DNA of 64,000 bases from an uncultured Acidobacteriota bacterium. Its GTDB lineage: Bacteria; Acidobacteriota; Thermoanaerobaculia; Multivoradales; UBA5704. Below are positions 1 through 8,373 of this stretch, piece by piece. Position numbers and translations under genes: made by a program. The stretch lies in contig CAVYRF010000002.1 in NCBI GenBank assembly GCA_963770895.1, forward strand, positions 576,001 to 640,000, written 5' to 3'. The notes below the pieces were generated by a model that had not been told where the DNA came from, made no database searches, and saw only the letters and a program-made list of their open reading frames with translations. Every line of letters begins with the position of its first letter. Position 1 is the first letter of the stretch.

Positions 1-25
1 TGAACTGCTCGTTTTCCTGAGACAT
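1..25 (-). CDS. 5' end of a gene running off the window (MSQENEQF...), possibly a YbdK-like carboxylate-amine ligase
   Basis: ATG at 25 with a GAGGAGG RBS, directly downstream of the ATP-grasp gene. Only 8 codons are visible, so the product is guessed from operon context. Confidence 0.35.
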
Positions 26-77
26 GCCCCCCTCCTCGTCGAACGGTGCGGCGGCGCGGCACCGGCGCGATCTCCCG

Positions 78-1145
78 TCAGCTCTTCAGCTTGTCGTCGT
101 CCACCCAGCGCTCAGCCAGCGGCGACGTCGCCTCCACCGGCGCCACCGGCGCCGTGGCGGCCGAAGCCGGTGCGGTCGCGGTGGCGGCGTTGCCCACCGC
201 GTTGACCAGGAAGCTGCCCCAGGTCAGGTTGCTGCGGCCCGGCTGGTACGCCTGCGCCTTGCGGATCGCCATCTTGGCCGCGGCCTCGACGATCCAGTCG
301 AAGTTATCTTGCCCGATCGAATGCAGGTCGGCATCCGGCGCCGGGTTGCAGAAGTCGATGGCATAGGCGATGCCGTCGCGCACCGCGAACTCCACGGTAT
401 TGAAATCGTAGCCCAGCGCTTCGTTGAGCTTGAGCACCCCGTCGTGCACCTGCTCGAGCAGCGCCGGCGCGACCGGCGGCCCGTTGCGCACGTAGCGCTC
501 GTGGAACGGCGCCTTGGGGTCGTACTGCATGATCCGTACGTCGCGGACGTCGATGCAGTAGCAGCGGAAATACTCCTTGAAGACGATCTCTTCCTGCAGC
601 ATCATCACCAGCTGCCCGGTTTCGTCGTAGGCGCGGAAGAACTCCTCGGCGTTGTTGAGCCGGTAGACGTTCTTCCAACCCCCGCCGGCAAACGGCTTGA
701 AGAAGGCCGGAAAGCCCACGTAGGCGAAGATCGCCTCCCAATCCAGCGGATAGGCCAGGTTGCGCATCGATTTTTCGCCGGTGTCCGGCGGATGCTGCTT
801 GGACGGCAGCAGCACGGTCTTCGGCACCGGCACGCCGATCTTGGTCGCCAGGCAGTTGTTGAAAAACTTTTCGTCGGCGCTCCACCAGAACGGATTGTTC
901 ACCACCGCCGTGCCATTGAGCGCCGCGTTCTTCAGGTAGCCACGGTAAAACGGCACGTCCTGCGAGATGCGATCGACGATCACCGCGTAGCCGGTATCGT
1001 CGCCCTGGATCACCTTTTCGATGCGCACCGGTTCCGCCGTCAAACCTGCTTCGGCGCCTTTGGCGTTGACGCGATCGATAAAAGCCCAGGGAAAGCTGTC
1101 CTCCTGGCCGAAAAGGATGCCGATCTTCGTGTTGGTCGTCGTCAT
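78..1145 (-). CDS. RimK/glutathione-synthetase-like ATP-grasp protein
   Basis: 355-aa ORF with ATP-grasp motifs (DEKF, VPKT, FPAFFKPFAGGGWKNV, MLQEEI, IDFCNP) and a GGAGAG RBS. Confidence 0.85.
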   Translation of the reverse strand: MTTTNTKIGILFGQEDSFPWAFIDRVNAKGAEAGLTAEPVRIEKVIQGDDTGYAVIVDRISQDVPFYRGYLKNAALNGTAVVNNPFWWSADEKFFNNCLATKIGVPVPKTVLLPSKQHPPDTGEKSMRNLAYPLDWEAIFAYVGFPAFFKPFAGGGWKNVYRLNNAEEFFRAYDETGQLVMMLQEEIVFKEYFRCYCIDVRDVRIMQYDPKAPFHERYVRNGPPVAPALLEQVHDGVLKLNEALGYDFNTVEFAVRDGIAYAIDFCNPAPDADLHSIGQDNFDWIVEAAAKMAIRKAQAYQPGRSNLTWGSFLVNAVGNAATATAPASAATAPVAPVEATSPLAERWVDDDKLKS

Positions 1146-1161
1146 GGAGAGCTCTCCCCCC

Positions 1162-1881
1162 TCACAGTTTGGAAAGGTAACGCGGGAACATGTCCCGCCA
1201 AAGCGGCCAGTCGTGCTTGGCCCAGCGCCACAGATCGAACCAGTGCGAGATGCCCTTGCCGTCGAGCAGGCGCGAAAAGCTCTCGTTGGCCGCCAGGCAG
1301 ATGTCCCATTCGCCGGCGCCGAGCACGATGCCCATGTTGCGCAGGTGATGCAGATACCACGGATCGTTCAGCCCCTGCACGTAGTCGACGGGGTTGTTGA
1401 AGTAGGCGTTGTCGTCGTAGTAGCCGCCGAGAAACTGGCGGATGTCGAAAGCGCCGCTCATGCTGAACATCCACCCCACCTGGTCGGGGTGGCGCAGCGC
1501 CACGTTCAAGGCGTGATAGCCGCCGAAGCTGCAGCCGGCGACCGCCACCCGCGGGTGCCCGGTGTCCGCCCGCGCGTGCTCGAACACCTGGTGGACGATG
1601 ACTCGTTCGTACGCCATGTGCGTCCTGATGCGGTCGGCCGGGTGGATGCCCTGGTTGTACCAGCTGTCGCCGTCGATGCCGTCCGGGCAATACAGCTTGA
1701 CCCGCCCGGCCTCCACCAGGCCGCGCGCCGCCTCGATCAGGCGGAAGTCCTTGTATTCGTACCAGCGTCCCTGCGAGGTGGGAAACAGCACCACCGGCAC
1801 GCCGGCGTGACCGAACGCCAGCATGTCGAATCGACGCCCGCCCAGATACGGCGTCTGCCACTGGATGTGCTCTTCTTTCAA
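1162..1881 (-). CDS. alpha/beta-hydrolase fold putative esterase
   Basis: GCSFGG nucleophile elbow and C-terminal HDWPLW. TTG start at 1881 is inferred. Confidence 0.85.
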   Translation of the reverse strand: MKEEHIQWQTPYLGGRRFDMLAFGHAGVPVVLFPTSQGRWYEYKDFRLIEAARGLVEAGRVKLYCPDGIDGDSWYNQGIHPADRIRTHMAYERVIVHQVFEHARADTGHPRVAVAGCSFGGYHALNVALRHPDQVGWMFSMSGAFDIRQFLGGYYDDNAYFNNPVDYVQGLNDPWYLHHLRNMGIVLGAGEWDICLAANESFSRLLDGKGISHWFDLWRWAKHDWPLWRDMFPRYLSKL

Positions 1882-2018
1882 TGGTTTGCGATCCCAACCC
1901 CGGCCTGATTCAGGCACCAGGCGGCACGACGCCGAAAGGTTAGCACACCCCCGTCCTGGGGGCGGCGGAACGCGGCAGGAGCTAGGATTGGGCGCGAACC
2001 CTGCAAGAAGGAGCTGCC

Positions 2019-3386
2019 ATGGCAAAGATCGACAGCGTGAACCCGGCAACCGGCCAGACCCTGGCGAGCTACGACGAGATGAGCGCCAGGCAGGTCGGCG
2101 ACGCGATCGCCGCGGCGCACGCGGCGTTTCTCGACTGGCGCGACACGGACTTCGCGACGCGTGCCGAAGTGCTGCGCACGGCGGCGCGCCTGCTGCGCGA
2201 GCGGCGGCGCGACTATGCCGAGCTGATGAGCCGCGAAATGGGCAAGGTCGTGGCCGGCGGCCTGGGCGAAGTCGACAAGTGCGCCTGGGTCTGCGAGCAC
2301 TACGCCGCGCACGCGGCGACCCTGCTGGCGCCCCAGCCGGTCGAAACCGAGGCCCGCCGCAGCTACGTCGCCTTCGAACCGCTGGGCGTCGTGCTCGCGG
2401 TGATGCCCTGGAACTTCCCCTTCTGGCAGGTCTTCCGCTTTGCCGCGCCGGGCCTGATGGCGGGCAACGCGGGCCTGCTCAAGCACGCCTCCAACGTGCC
2501 GGGGTGCGCCCTGGCGATCGAAGAGGTGCTGCGCGACGCCGGTCTGCCGGCCGGCCTGTTCCGCACCCTGTTGATCCCGTCGCGCGACGTCCCGAGCGTG
2601 ATCGAGCACCCCCTGGTGGTCGCCGTCACGCTGACCGGCAGCACGCCCGCCGGCAAGGCCGTCGCCGCCGCGGCCGGCGGTCAGCTCAAGAAGACCGTGC
2701 TGGAGCTGGGCGGCAGCGATCCCTACCTGATCCTGGACGACGCCGACCTGGACAGCGCCGTCGCCACCTGTGTCGAAAGCCGCCTGATCAACACCGGCCA
2801 GAGCTGCATCGCCGCCAAGCGCTTCCTCATCCCGCGCCGCCACGCCGCCGCGATCGAGCAGCGCTTCGTCGCGGCCATGGCCGCCAAGGTGATGGGCGAC
2901 CCGCTCCAGGACGGCGTCCACCTGGGTCCGCTGGCACGCCGCGACCTGCGCGACGACCTGCACGCCCAGGTCCAGGCCAGCCGCCGCGCCGGCGCCCGCT
3001 GCCTGCTGGGCGGTGAGCTTCCCGACGGCCCAGGAGCCTTTTATCCGCCGACCGTGCTGGCCGACGTCAAGCCGGGCATGCCCGCCTACGACGAAGAGCT
3101 GTTCGGACCGGTCGCGGCGCTGATCGCCGTCGACGGCGAAGACGAAGCCGTGCGCGTCGCCAACGATTCCGTCTTCGGCCTGGGCGCCGCCGTCTTCACC
3201 GCCGACCCCGCCCGCGGCGAAGCGGTAGCCCGCCGCCTGGCCGCCGGCAGCTGCTTCGTCAACGAGCTGGTCAAGTCCGACCCCCGCCTCCCCTTCGGCG
3301 GCATCAAGCAGTCCGGCTACGGCCGCGAGCTGGGCGCCTTCGGCATCCGGGAATTCGTCAACATCAAGACCGTCTACGTAAAATGA
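2019..3386 (+). CDS. gabD: NAD(P)-dependent succinate-semialdehyde dehydrogenase (aldehyde dehydrogenase family)
   Basis: MPWNFP, LTGS, LELGGSDP, GQSCIA, EELFGP and PFGGIKQSGYGRE motifs; AGGAG RBS. Confidence 0.88.
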   Translation: MAKIDSVNPATGQTLASYDEMSARQVGDAIAAAHAAFLDWRDTDFATRAEVLRTAARLLRERRRDYAELMSREMGKVVAGGLGEVDKCAWVCEHYAAHAATLLAPQPVETEARRSYVAFEPLGVVLAVMPWNFPFWQVFRFAAPGLMAGNAGLLKHASNVPGCALAIEEVLRDAGLPAGLFRTLLIPSRDVPSVIEHPLVVAVTLTGSTPAGKAVAAAAGGQLKKTVLELGGSDPYLILDDADLDSAVATCVESRLINTGQSCIAAKRFLIPRRHAAAIEQRFVAAMAAKVMGDPLQDGVHLGPLARRDLRDDLHAQVQASRRAGARCLLGGELPDGPGAFYPPTVLADVKPGMPAYDEELFGPVAALIAVDGEDEAVRVANDSVFGLGAAVFTADPARGEAVARRLAAGSCFVNELVKSDPRLPFGGIKQSGYGRELGAFGIREFVNIKTVYVK

Positions 3387-3387
3387 T

Positions 3388-3433
3388 GCCGGGGGCGATC
3401 TCCGGAGATGATCTCCGGCGGTGATCTCCCGGC
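3388..3433. terminator. long imperfect palindrome between convergent genes (possible bidirectional terminator)
   Basis: gccggg..gatc..ccggagat-g-atctccgg..gatc.cccggc inverted repeat. No U-tract. Confidence 0.4.
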
Positions 3434-3449
3434 GCCGAAGCGAACGGAC

Positions 3450-3626
3450 CTAACAGTTCTTACAGCTCTTCGCCGTCGGGTTCTCGCAGGTGCAGCCGGT
3501 GATCGGGCAGGTGTTGACCACCGAACAGGCGGGAGTCAGCGCCCCGCCCCCCGCCACGCCGGCCAGCGAATCCAGCCGGTAGAGGGATTCGGCCATCAGC
3601 CGCAGCTTCTTCGTGCTCTTCTTCAT
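3450..3626 (-). CDS. RiPP-like precursor peptide 1 (58 aa, double-Gly leader, Cys/Ser/Thr-rich core)
   Basis: MKKSTKKLRLMAESLYRLDSLAGVAGG-GALTPACSVVNTCPITGCTCENPTAKSCKNC; AAAGGAG RBS; leader homologous to two other small ORFs in the window. Confidence 0.8.
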   Translation of the reverse strand: MKKSTKKLRLMAESLYRLDSLAGVAGGGALTPACSVVNTCPITGCTCENPTAKSCKNC

Positions 3627-3722
3627 CGCGTCTCCTTTGGGGTTGCACCGCGCTCGTAATGAGCAGTGCCGCCGCGCCCCAGAATCGGGCCGGCGACGCC
3701 GGATACGCCGGCCGCTGATCGG

Positions 3723-3751
3723 TTGACAAGCGGCTGAGCATCCGGCACCAT
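3723..3751 (+). promoter_or_regulatory. putative sigma70 promoter
   Basis: TTGACA (3723-3728), 17-bp spacer, CACCAT (weak -10). Confidence 0.4.
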
Positions 3752-3877
3752 AGCTACATCGCTCCGCGCGCTCTTTTCGAGAGCGACGCGGCGGCTCCAA
3801 AGAGGCTTGGGCGGCCCACGGAGCTGGGCGGGCTGGGACCTGCCAAATAGGAAGACGCCCAGAAAGGAGGTGGTCCA

Positions 3878-3922
3878 GTGGACTTAGATAAACCCGGTTT
3901 GGTGGAGGTGGCGTCCTCGTAA
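3878..3922 (+). CDS. 14-aa micro-ORF MDLDKPGLVEVASS
   Basis: GTG start immediately after a perfect AAGGAGGTG SD; TAA stop. Confidence 0.45.
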   Translation: MDLDKPGLVEVASS

Positions 3923-4022
3923 GGGGAGATCCTCCTAAGCCTGGCTCTCTGGTTCTGACCAGTGCTGCAGGTCGGCTCCCCTCCAAGCGGGGGGAACCCA
4001 ACGCCACTGAGACCAACCCCTC

Positions 4023-4050
4023 AAGGCCCCGGCTTCGGCCGGGGCCTTTT
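4023..4050 (+). terminator. rho-independent terminator
   Basis: AAGGCCCCGGC-TTCG-GCCGGGGCC-TTTT. Confidence 0.85.
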
Positions 4051-4230
4051 GTGTTTCTGCCCGCCTCGACGCGGAGCCTCTTGATGCCGCCGTTGCCTCG
4101 CGCGCCAGTCCTCCCCTGACTCGCCGCCCCGCCGCAGCCTGGCGCGGCAGATGCATCCCTGCGCCGACAGCGCCGGTTTCGCTGTACGCTGCAGCTGACG
4201 GGCGGTGGTCGACGGGAGGGAGGTTCGCGG

Positions 4231-7200
4231 ATGGGGATCTGGGATCAACTGTCACGCTGGCCGGTCATCCAGCAAATCGCCACGCGGGACCTCAAGGGGC
4301 TGGGCGCCACCGCCGCTTCGGCGCACAGCCGCGGCCTGGCGCCGCGCACGCAGGCGGCGGACCGGGTGGTGCCTTCGGTGTGCCCGTACTGCGCCGTGGG
4401 CTGCGGCCAGCTGGTGTTCGTCAAGGACGAAAAGATCACCGACATCGAAGGCGATCCCGATTCGCCGGTTTCGAACGGCTGCCTCTGTCCCAAGGGGTCG
4501 GCGACGTTCCAGCTGGTCACCGGCGCCCATCGCCTGCAGCAGGTGCTCTACCGCCGGCCGCACGGCACCGAATGGGAAGTGCTGCCGCTCGAAACGGCCA
4601 TGGACATGGTGGCCGAGCGCGTCAAGGCGACCCGCGACGCCACCTTCATGGAGGAGCACCCCGACGGCTTCCCGGTGCGCCACACCCTGGGCATCGCCCA
4701 CCTGGGCGGCGCCACCCTCGACAACGAAGAGAACTACCTGATCAAGAAGCTGTTCAACAACCTGGGGATCGTGCAGATCGAAAACCAGGCCCGGATATGA
4801 CATTCCGCCACGGTCCCCAGTTTGGGGACCTCCTTCGGTAGGGGCGGCGCCACCACCTTCCCGGGCGACCTGCAGAACTCCGACTGCATCGTCATCCAGG
4901 GATCCAACATGGCGGAATGCCACCCGGTGGCGTTCCGCTACGTCATGGAAGCGAAGCGGCGCGGCGCGACGATCATCCACGTCGACCCGCGCTTCACCCG
5001 CACCAGCGCGGTCGCGGACCTGCACGTGCCGATCCGCGCCGGCAGCGACATCGCCTTCCTGGGCGCGGTGGTCAACTACGTCTTCGAGCACGAGCGCTGG
5101 TTCCACGACTACGTGGTCGCCTACACCAACGCGCCCGTCCTGGTGTCGGAAGACTTCCGCGACACCGAGGACCTGGACGGCCTGTTCAGCGGCTGGGACG
5201 CCGAGGGCGCCCGCTACAATCCCAGATCCTGGCAGTACGACGGCACCGAGATGCATCCCGCCGGGGGCCATCGCGAGCTGACCGCCGGCGAGCTCCACTC
5301 GCGGCGCGCCGTCGAAAGCGAGTGCGCCTCGCCGCTGCCGCTCGACCCGACGCTGCAACATCCGCGCTGCGTCTTCCAGGTCCTGAAGCGCCACTTCGCC
5401 CGCTACACGCCCGAGATGGTGGACGCGGTGTGCGGCGTGCCGCGCCACCTGTTCCTGCGCGTCGCCGAAGCGCTGTGCGCCAGCTCGGGGCGCGACCGCA
5501 CCGCCGCCTTCTGCTACGCCGTCGGCTGGACGCAGCACTCGGTGGGCGTGCAGTACATCCGCACCGCGGCGATCATCCAGCTGCTGCTCGGCAACATGGG
5601 CCGCCCCGGCGGCGGCATCCTGGCGCTGCGCGGGCACGCTTCCATCCAGGGCTCGACCGACGTGCCGACGCTGTTCAACCTGCTGCCCGGCTACATGGCG
5701 ATGCCGCAGGCCGGCAAGGACCTGGACTTCGCCACCTACGTCAAGCGCAACACCCCCGCCGGCGGCTGGTGGTCCGAGTTCCCCAAGTACGCGGTGTCGC
5801 TGCTCAAGGCGTGGTACGGCGCCGAAGCGACCGCCGACAACGGCTGGGCCTACGATCACCTGCCCTTCGTCCACGGCGACCATTCGCACATGACGACCGT
5901 CACGGCGATGGCCGACGGGCTGGTCAAGGGCTACTTCCTGATGGGCGAAAACCCCACCGTCGGCTCGATGCACGGCGCCCTGCAGCGCGCCGGGATGCGC
6001 CAGCTGGACTGGCTGGTGGTGCGCGATTTCGCGCTCATCGAAAGCGCCGACTTCTGGCGCCAGGCGCCGGAGATCTCGCGCGGCGAGGTGCGGCCCGAAG
6101 ACATCAAGACCGAGGTGTTCTTCTTCCCCTGCGCCGCGCACACCGAAAAGGACGGCACCTTCACCAACACCCAGCGCCTGTTGCAGTGGCACCACAAGGC
6201 GGTCGAGCCGCCGGGCGATTGCCGCAGCGAGCTGCACTTCGCCTTCCACCTGGGGCGCCGCCTGCGCCAGCTGTACGCCGGATCGCAGGCGCGGCGCGAC
6301 CGGCCGCTGCTGGCGATGACCTGGGACTATCCGACCACGGGGCCGACCGCGGAGCCCAGCGCCGAGGCGGTGCTGGCCGAGATCAACGGCTACAGCATCG
6401 CGCCCGACGGCAGCCGCAAGCCGGTAGGCGGCTTCACCGAGCTCAAAGCCGACGGCTCGACCGCCTGCGGCTGCTGGATCTATGCCGGCTGCCGCAAGGA
6501 CGGCGTGAACCTGACGGCGCGCCGCAAGCCGGCCCGCGAACAGAACTGGGTGGCGCTGGAATGGGCGTGGGCGTGGCCCGCCAACCGCCGCATCCTGTAC
6601 AACCGAGCCTCCGCCGACCCGCAGGGGCGCCCCTGGTCCGAGCGCAAGCGCTGCGTGTGGTGGGACGCGGACGCCAAGCGATGGACGGGCGAAGACGTGC
6701 CCGACTTCATCGCCGACCGGCCGCCGTCCTACTGTCCGCCCGAGGGCGCCACCGGCCTGGCCACCATCGCCGGCGATGCGACCGTTCATGCTGCAAGGCG
6801 ACGGGCGCGGCTGGCTGTTCGCTCCCAACGGCCTGCTGGACGGGCCGCTGCCCGCCCATTACGAGCCCGAAGAGGCGCAGTTCCACAACCCGTTCTACGC
6901 CCAGCAGTGCAACCCCACTCGCCTGGAATGGCGGCGCCGCGACAACCCCTACCATCGCGCCTGGGACGATCCCCGCTATCCGCACGTGATGACCACCTAC
7001 CGGCTGACCGAGCACCACACCGCCGGCGCCATGAGCCGCTGGCTGTCGTGGCTGTCCGAGCTGCAGCCCGAAATGTTCTGCGAGGTGTCGCCGGAGCTGG
7101 CGCGCCAATACGGCCTGGTCAACGGCGGCTGGGCGACGCTGAGCACCGCGCGCGCCGAGATCGAGGCGCGGGTGCTGGTGACCCAGCGCATGCCGCCGCT

Positions 7201-7558
7201 GCGCCTGGGCAGGCGCGTCGTGCACCAGATCGGCGTGCCCTACCATTGGGGCAGCAAGGGGAGGGTGGTGGGCGACGCCGCCAACGAGCTGATCAGCTTC
7301 GTCGGCGACCCCAACGTCTCGATTCAGGAGTCCAAGGCGCTGACCTGCGCCATCCAGCCCGGCCGCCGCAGCCGCGGTCGGCGGGTGGTCACCAGCGGCC
7401 CCCTGGCGGCGGCACTGACGGCGACGCCGGCGCCGGAGTCCGTGGACGGCGAACCGGCGGGCGGCGCCTGGTCCCGCGACCAGCCGCCGGTTTCGGCGCG
7501 TCAGCCCGGCCCGCACGGCATGGTGGCATCGGCGGCACAGCGCAACGAGGAGAGCTGA
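4231..7558 (+). CDS. fdnG: formate dehydrogenase alpha subunit (Mo/W-bisPGD, selenocysteine at TGA 4798-4800), interrupted by a +1 frameshift near 6781
   Basis: CPYCAVGC...C Fe-S motif, NQARI-U-HSAT active site, GSNMAECHP, LRGHASIQG. The C-terminal domain (PFMLQGDG, TTYRLTEHH) is in the next frame; removing 1 nt gives a 1108-aa frame. Confidence 0.9.
4812..4830 (+). promoter_or_regulatory. bacterial SECIS element
   Basis: Hairpin GGTCCCC-AGTTT-GGGGACC starting 11 nt after the in-frame TGA at the Sec position. Confidence 0.8.
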
Positions 7559-7560
7559 GC

Positions 7561-8373
7561 ATGGCCAAGGGGTTCTTCACCGACACCACGCTGTGCATCG
7601 GCTGCAAGGCCTGCGAAGTGGCGTGCAAGCAGTGGAACCAGCTGCCGGACGACGGCCTGCAGTTCACCGCCATGTCGTACGACAACACCGCCGCCCTGGG
7701 AGCCTCCACCTGGCGGCACGTCTCGTTCATCGAACGGCCGGTGCCGCTGTCGGGACAGGAAACGGGGCTGGGCAATTTTTCCTGGCTGCTGATGTCCGAC
7801 GTGTGCAAGCACTGCCACCGCGCCGGCTGCCTGGAAGCCTGCCCCACCGGCGCCATCATCCGCACGGAATTCGACAGCGTCTACGTGCAGCCCGACATCT
7901 GCAACGGCTGCGGGTATTGCGTCGTCTCCTGCCCGTTCGGGGTCATCGACCGCCGCTCCGACGACGGCCGCGCCTGGAAGTGCACGCTGTGCTACGACCG
8001 GCTGCGCGGCGATCTGGAGCCCGCCTGCGCCAAGGCCTGCCCCACCGACTCGATCCTCTTCGGCGAGGTGGAAGAGCTCAAGGTGCACGCCATCGATCGC
8101 GTCCAGCGCCTGCACCGGCACGGCGTCGGCGAAGCCTGGCTGTACGGCGCCGACGAAGCCGGACAGCCCGGCACCGAAGGGCTGAACGCCTTCTTCCTGC
8201 TGCTCGACCGGCCCGAGGTGTACAACCTGCCGCCCAACCCGACGGCTCCCGCCAAGCGCGCCGCCGCCAGCTGGGGCGCCATGGGATTGGCCCTGGCCGG
8301 CCTGGCTGCCGCGGCGCTGGCCGCGGTGCTCTCGACCGCGGGCGACGATCGAGATCGGGACCGGTACGCATGA
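7561..8373 (+). CDS. fdnH: formate dehydrogenase beta (4Fe-4S) subunit
   Basis: DTTLCIGCKACEVAC, CKHC...C...CP, CNGCGYCVVSCP, KCTLC...PACAKACP; C-terminal TM helix; GAGGAG RBS. Confidence 0.9.
   Translation: MAKGFFTDTTLCIGCKACEVACKQWNQLPDDGLQFTAMSYDNTAALGASTWRHVSFIERPVPLSGQETGLGNFSWLLMSDVCKHCHRAGCLEACPTGAIIRTEFDSVYVQPDICNGCGYCVVSCPFGVIDRRSDDGRAWKCTLCYDRLRGDLEPACAKACPTDSILFGEVEELKVHAIDRVQRLHRHGVGEAWLYGADEAGQPGTEGLNAFFLLLDRPEVYNLPPNPTAPAKRAAASWGAMGLALAGLAAAALAAVLSTAGDDRDRDRYA

Larger units (their letters stand above)
3758..4050 (+). ncRNA. candidate structured RNA / small-ORF transcript with extended 16S-3'-end complement
   Basis: Upstream promoter, several hairpins, AGAAAGGAGGTGGTCCAG at 3861-3878, a 14-aa ORF at 3878-3922 and a strong intrinsic terminator. 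Confidence 0.55.

Noticed and set aside
78-3626. ATP-grasp enzyme as the maturase (graspetide) for precursor 1
   Set aside because: The genes are separated by the SSADH gene, and the core is Cys-rich with a single acidic residue, unlike graspetide cores.
3758-4050. tmRNA, RNase P, SRP RNA or a 16S rRNA remnant
   Set aside because: No tRNA-like ends or AA-ending tag, no GAGGAAAGUCC, no SRP domain IV motif, and the 16S complementarity is limited to 18 nt.
4822-8373. 1183-aa ORF looking like an FDH alpha-beta fusion
   Set aside because: The segment 6781-7560 in this frame is non-homologous. The real alpha C-terminus is in another frame, and fdnH has its own RBS and ATG at 7561.
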